From positions 6,464,001 to 6,528,000 of the forward strand of contig OY760175.1 of NCBI GenBank assembly GCA_963663165.1: a stretch of DNA of 64,000 nt, in the 5' to 3' direction. Position 1 is the first letter of the stretch. The number at the start of each line of letters is the position of its first letter. Both the position numbers and the translations under genes were made by a program. This stretch comes from an uncultured Desulfospira sp. Its GTDB lineage: Bacteria; Desulfobacterota; Desulfobacteria; Desulfobacterales; Desulfobacteraceae. This document shows, piece after piece, positions 36,976-46,344 of the stretch. The notes under the pieces were generated by a model. That model searched no databases. It saw only the letters and a list, made by a program, of their open reading frames with translations, and was not told the origin of the DNA.

Positions 36976-38790
36976 GTGACTGAGGCGAGGGTTGGCAAAT
37001 TTTTATGGTTGTTGATGCTTCTGGTGATGATGACCTGGGCGATTGGACTGTCCAGCGCATCGGCCTGGTGGAATGAAGAGTGGCAGTACCGGAAAAAAAT
37101 CAGCCTGAACACTGGGGGCACCGGCATGGATGTCTCCCAGAATTTGATGGATTTCCCGGTTCTGATCAGGCTTCATTCCGGTAATTTTGATTTTACTCGG
37201 GCCAGGGAGAACGGGGAGGATATCCGGTTTGTCGGTGCCGATGACACCACCTTGCTCAAATATCATATTGAAGCCTTTGACATTGTGGACGAGCTGGCCC
37301 TGATCTGGGTCAAGGTGCCCAATCTTGCCGGAAACTCCGGCCAGGGCGCTGTGTTCATGTATTACGGCAATCAGGCCGCCGCTGCCGGGGACGACCCAAA
37401 GGGCTGCTTTGACCCCGCTTACCAGGGCGTCTATCATTTCAACGAGTTTGAGGGAATCCCCAAGGATTCATCCTCCTACGGCATGAATTCTTCTGAGTAT
37501 ACGGCCGGCCTGGGACTTGCCGGCGTTATCGGCAACGGCGGCACCTTCAGCGGGGCCGGCAATTATATGCGCCTGCCCGATAACCCGGCCTTTGATTTTT
37601 CCAAGGGGGTGACCTTTTCCACCTGGTTCAAGATGTTCCAGGCCCAGGATAATGCCTGGCTGTTTTCAAGGATTTCGTGGGAAGACGGCCTTGTTATTGC
37701 CATAAAGGGAACCCGGATACAAGTCAGGATCGTTGCTGAAGGGAAACAAACCGTTTATGAGGACGAGTCTTTTGACCTGCCCATAGAAGGGTGGCATCAT
37801 CTTGCGGTCACCATTGATCCCAAGGGACAGATTAAATTTTTTCTGGACGGGGCTGAAACCTCAACGGTTGAAAGCGGTGCCGGCCTGGCCGGGCTCAAAG
37901 GCGATATTCTGGTGGGATCCAATGCAGATGGAAATTATTCTTTTGCCGGCGACCTGGACGAGGTGAGGATCTCCGGAGCCCCAAGGCTTTTGGGGTGGAT
38001 CAAAGGCTGTTCTGCCTCCCAGGGGCCCGGGGCCAATTTATGCGGCTATGCGGTTGAAGAGATCCTTGAAGGCTCCGGGGGGATGCCCGTATTCTATCTT
38101 GCCACCATTTTCAAGAGCATTACCCTGGATGGCCTGGTGGTTATCGGTATCCTGATTTTCATGGGGGCTTGCTCTGCTGTGGTGATTTTGTCCAAGGCCC
38201 TGTTTCTTTTATCGACTTCCAAAAGCAATAAAAAGTTTATGGAAGCCTTTAATACCGCCCAGGACCCGGTGGCACTGGGAAATGGGAGCGGCTCTTTTAA
38301 CGGGTCCAGTATTTACAGAATTTATGAAGCCGGCCTGAAAAGTCTGAATATCAAAAAAACCGTAAACCCGGAAAGTGCTGAAATTGAGAGCCGGATTCCG
38401 GGACTGCACCTTACTTCAAAGGCAGTTGAAAGCTTGAAGGCTGTCCTGGAAAAAGGGCTGATTGACGAATCCAAGCGGTTGAACTCCTGGATGGTCATCC
38501 TGACCATGTCCATTTCCGGGGGACCGTTTCTGGGGCTTTTGGGAACGGTCTGGGGGGTTATGAATACCTTTGCCGCCATGGCTGAAGCCGGGGAGGCCAA
38601 TATCATGGCCATTGCCCCGGGCGTTGCCTCTGCCCTGTCCACAACGGTTTTTGGGTTGATTGTCGCCATTCCGGCCCTGTTTGGCTATTCCTTTCTGGTG
38701 GGCCGGATCCGGGATACCACGGCGGATCTGACCGTGTTCGTGGATCAGTTTCCTTTAAAAGTAGACGCCGTATATGGAGATGAATCGTGA
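36976..38790 (+). CDS. exbB: DUF2341-LamG-MotA/TolQ/ExbB proton channel fusion
   Basis: WWNEEWQYRKKI, DFPVLIRL, GEDIRF, IWVKVP, YYGN; LamG WHHLAVT/GDLDEVRI; GPFLGLLGTVWG, IAPGVASALSTT-FGLIVAIPA; GGAGG RBS before GTG 36976. Confidence 0.88.
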   Translation: MTEARVGKFLWLLMLLVMMTWAIGLSSASAWWNEEWQYRKKISLNTGGTGMDVSQNLMDFPVLIRLHSGNFDFTRARENGEDIRFVGADDTTLLKYHIEAFDIVDELALIWVKVPNLAGNSGQGAVFMYYGNQAAAAGDDPKGCFDPAYQGVYHFNEFEGIPKDSSSYGMNSSEYTAGLGLAGVIGNGGTFSGAGNYMRLPDNPAFDFSKGVTFSTWFKMFQAQDNAWLFSRISWEDGLVIAIKGTRIQVRIVAEGKQTVYEDESFDLPIEGWHHLAVTIDPKGQIKFFLDGAETSTVESGAGLAGLKGDILVGSNADGNYSFAGDLDEVRISGAPRLLGWIKGCSASQGPGANLCGYAVEEILEGSGGMPVFYLATIFKSITLDGLVVIGILIFMGACSAVVILSKALFLLSTSKSNKKFMEAFNTAQDPVALGNGSGSFNGSSIYRIYEAGLKSLNIKKTVNPESAEIESRIPGLHLTSKAVESLKAVLEKGLIDESKRLNSWMVILTMSISGGPFLGLLGTVWGVMNTFAAMAEAGEANIMAIAPGVASALSTTVFGLIVAIPALFGYSFLVGRIRDTTADLTVFVDQFPLKVDAVYGDES

Positions 38791-39194
38791 GACGAGATCT
38801 TTTTCAGCAGGAAGATTTTAACGATATCAACTTAAGCCCCTTGCTGGACCTTGCCTGGACCCTGCTGGTGGTATTTATCATTGCGGTGACGGCTTCGGTT
38901 CAGGGAATCAAGGTTAATTTGCCCAAGGCCAGCAATGTGCCAAGCCTGGTTAAGCCCAAGACCAAGGCCATTACCATTGATGACCGGGGCCAGCTTTACC
39001 TGGATGCCTATCCCGTGACCATGACCGAACTCGAACAGAATCTGAGAGCCCACAAGGCCGTGGACCCCGATTTTCCCGTGGTGATCAAGGGGGATGCCAA
39101 AATCTATTACCAGAATGTCATGGATGTACTGGATTTAATGCAGAAACTTGAAATCACTCAATTGGGTCTGGTCACCCAGAAGCTGGTTAAATAA
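38787..39194 (+). CDS. exbD: ExbD/TolR biopolymer transporter
   Basis: INLSPLLD TM with conserved Asp, I-VNLPKA, VIKGD..Y..VMDVLD, LGLVT. Confidence 0.92.
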   Translation: MRRDLFQQEDFNDINLSPLLDLAWTLLVVFIIAVTASVQGIKVNLPKASNVPSLVKPKTKAITIDDRGQLYLDAYPVTMTELEQNLRAHKAVDPDFPVVIKGDAKIYYQNVMDVLDLMQKLEITQLGLVTQKLVK

Positions 39195-39198
39195 GCAC

Positions 39199-39897
39199 AT
39201 GGCCCGGTTGACTGACAGTCGAAAAAAGATCCTGGTGATCGGGGTGTCCTGCCTGGTGATGGTCTGCCTGATTTTTACGGCGTTTATCGTGATGAAAATG
39301 CTGCTCAATGATGAAGGCAAGTCCAGGAAACGGCAGATTCAGCGGGTGACGCTGGTTAAACCGCCGCCGCCGCCGCCCAAGATCAAGGAAAAACCCCCGG
39401 AGCCGGAGATCAAGAAAAAAGAGGAAATCGTTGAACCTGAGCTGGATGAACCGCCCCCGGAAGATATGGATTCCAGTGACGAACCGCCTCCGGGAGAAGA
39501 TCTGGGACTTGATTCTGACGGCACCGGCGGAGCCGACGGGTTCGGGCTCAGGGCCAAAAAGGGGGGGCGGTCCCTGATCGCCGGAGACGGCGGCGGAAAA
39601 AGATCCCTGATGAAACAGTATGCCTGGTATACCCGGATTCTGCAGGATGAAATCAGGGAAAAGGTCAACAAGTACCTTGAGGATAAAGAGGGCCTGCCCT
39701 CAGGCAAACACCGGATCATGATCCGGATTGAACTGGACCCCAATGGAAATCTGGTGAAGGCGTCTATTTTCGGATCAAGCGGAACTCCGAAGGTGGATAA
39801 TGCCGTGGAGCAGGCCATGGCAGGATTCAGGGCCAGCGAAAGCCCGCCTGAAGAGATGCCCAGGATATTAAAATTGAAAGTGACATTTAAAAGTTGA
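39199..39897 (+). CDS. tonB: TonB/TolA-like energy transducer
   Basis: N-terminal TM, PPPPPP/EP-rich linker, TonB_C-like GSSG-PKVDNAV..A, PPEEMP. Confidence 0.8.
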   Translation: MARLTDSRKKILVIGVSCLVMVCLIFTAFIVMKMLLNDEGKSRKRQIQRVTLVKPPPPPPKIKEKPPEPEIKKKEEIVEPELDEPPPEDMDSSDEPPPGEDLGLDSDGTGGADGFGLRAKKGGRSLIAGDGGGKRSLMKQYAWYTRILQDEIREKVNKYLEDKEGLPSGKHRIMIRIELDPNGNLVKASIFGSSGTPKVDNAVEQAMAGFRASESPPEEMPRILKLKVTFKS

Positions 39898-39919
39898 AAA
39901 AATCACAGCCAAGGAACCG

Positions 39920-41716
39920 ATGATGAAGGGTAGATTAAACGGATTGAAAAGGAAACTGACCGGTATTGCAATTGTTGTGCTGCTTGCGGCGTTGAGCATG
40001 CCGATCGCCTGGGCCGATGAAAAGGCTTCAGGGGCGGACTTAGACAGTACCCTGGCCTTGATTGAATTGTTAAAGGACAAGGGCGTGATCAATGAAAAAG
40101 AAGCCTCATCCTTTCTGGACAGGCTCAGGCTCAAGGCAGAGGCAAGCCGGCAGACCGTTCATATCCTTCCCGCCCGGGATCAGGAAGATATCATGAAAAA
40201 GGTCACTGCCCGGGTAACAAAGGATGTCACAAAGCAGATTAATGATACTCAAAAAGAAGCCTATGCCACAAACCAGTACATGGCCCGGCGTTCCTCGCTT
40301 TTGGAACAGGAAGTGGAAGACCTTAAAGATGCCCTGTCAAAGGAAAAAAGTGTGCGGGAAAAATCCTGGGCCAACCGGATACGGTTTGGGGGGGATATCC
40401 GGCTGCGCCACGAGTCAGTGCTTTATGAAAAGGGAAATGCCACGGATATTGAAGACCCCAGTGATCCGGATTCCTATCTGAATACCACCAATGATGAACA
40501 CCGCCAGCGGGTTCGCCTCAGGCTCGGCCTGACCGCCACCGTGGTCAAGCCAAAGGATATTGGCGAGCTGTTCGGCCTCAGGGAATGGGAAAAGGTGAAT
40601 GCCGGCCAGGTGGATGTGGGCGTCCGGGTGGCTACCGGAAGCGTTGGGAACCCGGTTTCCACCAACTACACCTTGGGAGATGATGACAGCACCCGGTCTG
40701 ATATTGTTTTAGACCGGGCTTACCTTCAATGGTCCTATAAACCCAGGGAAGGGGTCTGGGGCGGAAAGTTCCCCCAGGCAATGGTCACCGGCGGCATCAT
40801 GGCCAACCCCTGGTATACTTCCTATTCCACTCTGATCTGGGATTCGGACCTGGCCTTTGAAGGACTGGCTTTAAACTTTACCACCGACACCATTGAGGTC
40901 AATCCCTTTAAAGCTTTTTTGACCCTGGGATATTTCCCCATCCAGGAGTCTGAATGGAACCAGGACGACAAGTATATGCTGGGCGCCCAGGTCGGCTTTT
41001 CCCTTAAACCCCTCAGAGGGTGGCAGGCCAAACTGGCGGCCGGGTATTACGAATATTACAATGTGGCAGGCCAACTTATTACCGACACGTACCGGACCAG
41101 GGAGGATATGTACAAACTCCAGGCCATGACACCAAAATTTATGCAGAAGGGAAACACCACTTTTTTGATGGATCGGACCACAATTTACTACGACGGTATC
41201 AGTGACGACGCCTATGAGGAGTACGGGCTGGCATCAGAATTTAAGCTGATTAACATCACCGGCCAGATTGACAACACCTATTTCTGGCCGGTTTACGTCA
41301 CCCTTTACTGGGACTGGGTAAGGAACCTCGGATATGATGCCGGTGAAATGGCGGATAAAATCGGGGTCTCTGCTTCGACCATTAAAGAATGGTCCGGGGA
41401 TACCGGATATCAGCTGGGGCTGAGGGTCGGGTATCCCAAAATCAAGAAACGGTGGGACTGGAGCCTTTACGTGGCCTACCGCTACCTTGAAACCGATGCG
41501 GTTCTGGATGCGTATACCGATTCGGATTTCATGGGCGGCGGGACCAATGTCAAGGGATTTATTTTTGGCGGCGAGCTGGGCCTGATGAAAAATGTCTGGC
41601 TTGCGGCCCGGTGGATGAGCGGGGATGAGATTACCGATTTTGAAGCCGTGTCTTCAGATCAGGATGAGGATTATGCCGTGGATATTTTACAGGTTGATCT
41701 GAACGCAAAATTTTAA
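39920..41716 (+). CDS. Putative outer-membrane porin (Porin_5-like) with N-terminal coiled coil
   Basis: Signal peptide, L-DKGVI, FGGDIRLRHE, R-RLRLG, PVSTNYTLG, WDSDL-FEG, DAVLDAYTDSDF-GGGTN-KG, ends DLNAKF. Confidence 0.8.
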   Translation: MMKGRLNGLKRKLTGIAIVVLLAALSMPIAWADEKASGADLDSTLALIELLKDKGVINEKEASSFLDRLRLKAEASRQTVHILPARDQEDIMKKVTARVTKDVTKQINDTQKEAYATNQYMARRSSLLEQEVEDLKDALSKEKSVREKSWANRIRFGGDIRLRHESVLYEKGNATDIEDPSDPDSYLNTTNDEHRQRVRLRLGLTATVVKPKDIGELFGLREWEKVNAGQVDVGVRVATGSVGNPVSTNYTLGDDDSTRSDIVLDRAYLQWSYKPREGVWGGKFPQAMVTGGIMANPWYTSYSTLIWDSDLAFEGLALNFTTDTIEVNPFKAFLTLGYFPIQESEWNQDDKYMLGAQVGFSLKPLRGWQAKLAAGYYEYYNVAGQLITDTYRTREDMYKLQAMTPKFMQKGNTTFLMDRTTIYYDGISDDAYEEYGLASEFKLINITGQIDNTYFWPVYVTLYWDWVRNLGYDAGEMADKIGVSASTIKEWSGDTGYQLGLRVGYPKIKKRWDWSLYVAYRYLETDAVLDAYTDSDFMGGGTNVKGFIFGGELGLMKNVWLAARWMSGDEITDFEAVSSDQDEDYAVDILQVDLNAKF

Positions 41717-41727
41717 GGGGAAGGGTC

Positions 41728-42432
41728 ATGCGGTTAAAAATAATAAAAATCCTGGTGGTTCTTTTTATGTTGGCAGGCCTGTGCGGTTCAGCCTATTTCT
41801 GGAATGAAATGACCAAACGGGATGACCGGATTGCGGGTTTGAACAACGAGCTGGATGTCGCCAACACACAGCTGAGGGCTGCCCGTAAAAAATATACCCA
41901 GGAAAAGGCAAAGCTCGGGACCTGCATGCGGATGAAAATGGCTGAAGAGGCCAAAAAGCTTCAGTTTCAAAAACGGGTTAAGTTACTGGCCGAAGAAATG
42001 AAGGTTCTTGTGGCCCAGAATGAAGTGCTTGTGAAAAAACTTGAGGTTGCCGCAGCTTCCCTGGAAAATAAAGACAAATGGATAGAGGCCTATAAATCCA
42101 AAGTGGCCAAAATGGATGAGCGGTATGAAACCCTTGTGGCAAAGTACAAGGAGGCCGTGGTTCTGGACAGAAAGAAAACAGGTGACATCCGGCAACTGGA
42201 AGCTCAAAAGAAAGAAGTTGAATCAGAACTTGCCTTAACTCAAAAAAGCCTTGAGCGAAGCATCGGCCATAACAAAAGGCTTTGTGAACTTTCCGAGGAA
42301 CTGGTGGACAAATATTGGGATAAGAACAAAGACAAGGCTGAACCCTTTACTAAAATCGGGATGGTTGAACTCGAGCATCTGGTTCAGGAATATATTAAAC
42401 AGATTGATAAGGAGCAGATAATTGAGCAATGA
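41728..42432 (+). CDS. Membrane-anchored coiled-coil protein
   Basis: N-terminal hydrophobic segment, long heptad region, C-terminal N-RL..L..EL..KY...EPFT-IG-VELEHLVQEY. Confidence 0.7.
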   Translation: MRLKIIKILVVLFMLAGLCGSAYFWNEMTKRDDRIAGLNNELDVANTQLRAARKKYTQEKAKLGTCMRMKMAEEAKKLQFQKRVKLLAEEMKVLVAQNEVLVKKLEVAAASLENKDKWIEAYKSKVAKMDERYETLVAKYKEAVVLDRKKTGDIRQLEAQKKEVESELALTQKSLERSIGHNKRLCELSEELVDKYWDKNKDKAEPFTKIGMVELEHLVQEYIKQIDKEQIIEQ

Positions 42433-43562
42433 AAGGCGGGTTTAAATTTTTGTTCGTTTCCGCTGTTTTGCTGGCCTGGGCAGCTGGGGTTCCGGCCTCT
42501 GCCCAGGTTTTAAAATTAAGCTATGATCAGGGGGCTGTGAGCCTGCAGCCGGGACGGGCATCTGTCGCATCCATTCTGGAAAGCCTGGCAGACTTGGCCA
42601 AGGTAGAGATTTATATCACAGAACCATTTAAAGACTATTCAAATGATTTAGAATTTAAGCGGATTCCCCTTGAATCGGCCCTGGAAAAATTACTCAAAGA
42701 TTATAATTATGCCGTGATTTACAATCAGAGTACGGCTGAACCGTTCAGATGCTTTGCCTATACGGATGCTGATGCTTTCAGCCCGGTTGGCCGGGGCCGG
42801 ACAGGCAGCGGCACCCCGGGAAAAAAACAATGGAAATCCCCTGGGGAAACCGGCAGGGACCGTCATGCTATTGGCTTTTTTCCGGGGCAGGACGGCCAGA
42901 AATCAGGGAAGAGCGGCCAAAGATTTGGTTCAAAAAGTTCTTCGGATATAAGGTCAAAGGCGGGCGCCGCCGGGGCGTTCAATCCATCGGAAAATGCTGT
43001 GGCCCATAATGATGATGCATCCTTGGAAAACAGTGAATCAGATGATTCAGCCTATGATACCGACAGCAGCTTGGGTTCCGCTGAAAGCGGATCAACCGGT
43101 TCTATTTCCAGTGGAATTTCTCAAAGCAGTACCGGTTCACAGGACAGCAGCACCACGGCCCAAACCGTCGAGGACGCTTCAACTCAGACCGCCTATATCA
43201 ATTCATCAGATGAATCCGACGGCACTTCAGATACCGGTATCGATGAATCTGACCCATCGGATACTGATGATTCGGGCAGCTCAGGTTCCGATGATTCAGG
43301 TTCAGAAAGCAGCTTCGCTGAAGACGTTGATCTGGCAGATGGAACGGAAAATCAGACCCAGACGGCGGAAACAGACGCCACGGCATCACAGATCGCAAAA
43401 CTTGAATATCAGGTTGAGAAGCTGGAAGAGGATATCTCAAGCGGAAGGGCAGAGAAGTTCTGGAATTTATGGACTTCAAAGAAAGAAGCAAAGTATGTCT
43501 ACAGCCATGTGGATGACCTGGCCGCCAAAAAAGCAAAACTGGCTGAATTGAAAGGTGAATAA
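42429..43562 (+). CDS. Exported protein with STN/secretin-N0-like domain and Ser/Asp-rich linker
   Basis: Signal peptide; SVASILESLA...F-RIPLESALEKLLKDYNY; long S/D/G/T low-complexity region; helical C-terminus. Confidence 0.6.
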   Translation: MKGGFKFLFVSAVLLAWAAGVPASAQVLKLSYDQGAVSLQPGRASVASILESLADLAKVEIYITEPFKDYSNDLEFKRIPLESALEKLLKDYNYAVIYNQSTAEPFRCFAYTDADAFSPVGRGRTGSGTPGKKQWKSPGETGRDRHAIGFFPGQDGQKSGKSGQRFGSKSSSDIRSKAGAAGAFNPSENAVAHNDDASLENSESDDSAYDTDSSLGSAESGSTGSISSGISQSSTGSQDSSTTAQTVEDASTQTAYINSSDESDGTSDTGIDESDPSDTDDSGSSGSDDSGSESSFAEDVDLADGTENQTQTAETDATASQIAKLEYQVEKLEEDISSGRAEKFWNLWTSKKEAKYVYSHVDDLAAKKAKLAELKGE

Positions 43563-43607
43563 AATTAATCCCTTCAGCCGGAGTACCAGCAGTCTTTTAA
43601 AAACCTA

Positions 43608-44141
43608 ATGAAAGGAAACCGCAGTATGTACAAACAAACAGCATGTCTGGCCATCGGCGTTATTTTTATTTTACTTTCTGCCTGTACCGGAATGGCCGGC
43701 AGCAAGGTCGGGTATATTGACCTTAAGCGTCTGGTCCAGGAGTCCACCCTGGGCAAAGCGGCCATGGCCGATATTGACCGGTTAAGGCAAGAAAAGCAAA
43801 AGCCCATTGCCGAGTTGCTTAAAACGATCAATAACATTAAAATTGACCTTCAGGCCAATGAAGAGTTGTTCAAAAATGAGGAAAAAAGAGAAAAGGTCGA
43901 TGAACTCAATGACCTGACCAAAGAATATAAGAGAATGGTCGCCGATGCCAAAGAAGAGATCCAGAAACAGGACCGGGACCTGGTGGCCCAGATCCTGAAA
44001 AAGGCGGACAGCATCGTTAAAGCCGTGGCTCAGAAAAATAAATACACCATCATTCTCAAAGATCCCCAGGCCATCGGGTATCTTGATCCTTCCGTGGATA
44101 TTACAGACGAAGTCCTGGCAGAACTTAATAAGACAAATTAA
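43608..44141 (+). CDS. skp: OmpH/Skp periplasmic chaperone
   Basis: KVGYIDL, S-LGKAA, helical body, VA-KNKYTIIL..Y-DPSVDITDEV. Confidence 0.85.
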   Translation: MKGNRSMYKQTACLAIGVIFILLSACTGMAGSKVGYIDLKRLVQESTLGKAAMADIDRLRQEKQKPIAELLKTINNIKIDLQANEELFKNEEKREKVDELNDLTKEYKRMVADAKEEIQKQDRDLVAQILKKADSIVKAVAQKNKYTIILKDPQAIGYLDPSVDITDEVLAELNKTN

Positions 44142-44725
44142 TTGTTGATGAAGCCCCGGTCCAGATGCGTGTCCACATACCGGGCCAGGATTTCGGCTGT
44201 CTGGGGCGGGGGGTTGACTGTCAGGTAGTGGTCTATGATGGAGTGGGCCAGTTCGTGGGCCAGCATGCCCTGGTGAAGGTCCTGGACGTTGAGGTAGATG
44301 GCGTTGGTCTTGAACCGGTACCAGGCCCTGAGCCGGCATTCTCCGGAATAGATGCTCTCATATGCTTTCTTTAAGGCCTTTTTATCCGGGTAAACAAAGA
44401 CGGTGACCGGATCATCGAACAGTTTTCTCATGTCCAGAATTTCCTGGGCCCGGGTGAAAATGGCGTCTACTTTTTGAGTGACCATATCCTCAATCTGCTC
44501 ATGGGTCAGGTCTTCGAGTTCCAGGGACCGGTTCAGGTCCAGGGGGCCGAATTCTACGGCCGTGTGAAACCGGGCCAGATCCCGGGCAGATTTGTATTTT
44601 ATAATGGTGTGCTGGGTTTTGAGAATTCGCCAGGAAATAATGTGGATTTCGTCCGCTCCGGCAGATAATGGGCAAACCATTAAGATAAGCAGCGCAAGGT
44701 GTATGGCCAAAAAAGGAGTTTTCAA
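44138..44725 (-). CDS. Exported protein with HExxH (zincin-like) motif
   Basis: TTG start, signal peptide ending AGA, LAHELAH followed by downstream Glu (TAEILA). Confidence 0.65.
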   Translation of the reverse strand: MKTPFLAIHLALLILMVCPLSAGADEIHIISWRILKTQHTIIKYKSARDLARFHTAVEFGPLDLNRSLELEDLTHEQIEDMVTQKVDAIFTRAQEILDMRKLFDDPVTVFVYPDKKALKKAYESIYSGECRLRAWYRFKTNAIYLNVQDLHQGMLAHELAHSIIDHYLTVNPPPQTAEILARYVDTHLDRGFINN

Positions 44726-44750
44726 AGAAAGCCCTGCAGGGTTCTTAGGA

Positions 44751-45323
44751 TTAGTTATTCAATTTAAACTGGTTCCTTATGTCGGATTTGAGAGCGGCGA
44801 TTTCCTCGCCCATACGCCCGTTGTCCATTCCTTCTATCTGTGAAAGCCTGGCATCAATGTGAGAGATTTTTTCATGCATGGAAGACGTCATCTGGTTTAA
44901 TGCCGTTGATATGTCGGACAACTGGTCTTTTTTGCGCAGGTTGACCTTTACCCTGAGATCCCCCTGGGCCACTTCCTTTATCCCTTTCTCAAAATGGAAA
45001 AGCGGGCCCGCTATTTTGTGGGAAATAAAGAGCATGACGGCCATGGAAAACAGGCAAATCAGGCCGAGGGTGACCAGGTTGGTGACCAGGACAGCCGGAA
45101 GGATGGCCTGACCCGTGCTTTTAATCTCAAGCCTTGAATGGGCGTAACAGGAGGTCAGGCTGTCCTGGGACAGTGAGAACAGCAGGATGGTTGATATCAG
45201 AATCCCTGCCAGGACAATGAGGCTGAATTTCAGGATAACACCGGCCTGAAATCTTTTTTTAATGAAATATTGGTTTCTTTTGCACGGTTCTTCCTGACAG
45301 GTTGCCGTCCGGGTTTGGTTCAT
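44751..45323 (-). CDS. Two-TM HAMP domain protein
   Basis: R-QYFIKK-FQ N-terminus, two TMs, SHKIAGPL...GDL....LRKKDQL HAMP. Confidence 0.75.
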   Translation of the reverse strand: MNQTRTATCQEEPCKRNQYFIKKRFQAGVILKFSLIVLAGILISTILLFSLSQDSLTSCYAHSRLEIKSTGQAILPAVLVTNLVTLGLICLFSMAVMLFISHKIAGPLFHFEKGIKEVAQGDLRVKVNLRKKDQLSDISTALNQMTSSMHEKISHIDARLSQIEGMDNGRMGEEIAALKSDIRNQFKLNN

Positions 45324-45364
45324 GATTCTATCCTTTTTAAAAAGCTAACAGCTAAAACCAACAG

Positions 45365-45958
45365 CTATAAAAGTTCGTCGTATACTTTGATGTCGGCTTT
45401 ATTCTTTAAGCTGTCCACCCATTGATCGATAAGGGCGGCCTGTTTTTCCTGTTTAAGTTTTTGAGCAATTTTTTGTTCTACCTGCTCTATAGGCGGCAGG
45501 TCCTTTTTCTGGGTTTTCAGTTGATCATACCGGGTTTTTATTTCCTGGTCCGTGACAAAGGTTTTGGTTTGAATTTCTTTCATCTGGGCTTCCATGAGGT
45601 TTTTGATCAGGGTGGCTTCCCAGTATTTTTCAATGGTCCGGATAAAGGATTGTTCCTTGTCCATTTTCCGGCTGACCGCCTCCTGGATCAACAGTTCCTG
45701 CCGGATCATCCGGTCAAGAAATTCTTTTCTTGCCTTGGCCGTGGCCTTGTAGGTTGAATCGTACTCCAGCTCCCGGACAAATCCGGCTTCGTATTCATCC
45801 AGTGTCAGTTCGTAGCCGTTGATTCTGGCAATAACCTGTTGGTCCGGATTTGAAGGCGTTGTTGAGCAGGCCGGCAAATAAAAGGCCAGGAAAATTGCCC
45901 CGCCCAGAATTCCGGCGGCAAAGGCCCTTTGGGACCGGGTGCTGCTGTGAAAAAACAT
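45365..45958 (-). CDS. SurA N-terminal-like chaperone lipoprotein lacking rotamase domain
   Basis: Lipobox LPAC; VIARING-E-T, L-RMI-QELLIQEA, VTDQEI-Y, W--SL-NKADIKV. Confidence 0.7.
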   Translation of the reverse strand: MFFHSSTRSQRAFAAGILGGAIFLAFYLPACSTTPSNPDQQVIARINGYELTLDEYEAGFVRELEYDSTYKATAKARKEFLDRMIRQELLIQEAVSRKMDKEQSFIRTIEKYWEATLIKNLMEAQMKEIQTKTFVTDQEIKTRYDQLKTQKKDLPPIEQVEQKIAQKLKQEKQAALIDQWVDSLKNKADIKVYDELL

Positions 45959-46344
45959 GGTACGATTTCCTTGCTGCCAAAGGTCATTTTTACAGACTTT
46001 GAATTTAATATAGAACCCTGGCAACGGTCAAATTAGGAAATGGTTAGGATATATCGCCTTCCCCTGAAAACCCAATCGCCATGGGGCCTGAAAACCTTCA
46101 CCACGGAGGAATTCGGCTTGACATGGTCAGGTGATACCGATATATTAAAATCAAATTTAATTTTCTCCAGCAATCGGTTTCGTCTATCTTTAATATTCTA
46201 TCTCATCTGGTTTTTGACAGCTGTTTCAAAGAATACATAATTCGAATCTGTTTTTTCGCGGTGACAGGCCCCGGACTCCCGGACCTGTCAGTCCCCGGCC
46301 GATAAAACGGCATGAATAACGGCCATACCCTAAAGGGCAGAAAC

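Noticed and set aside
39920..41716. TonB-dependent receptor
   Set aside because: It is too short with no plug-domain motif; its features fit a putative porin.
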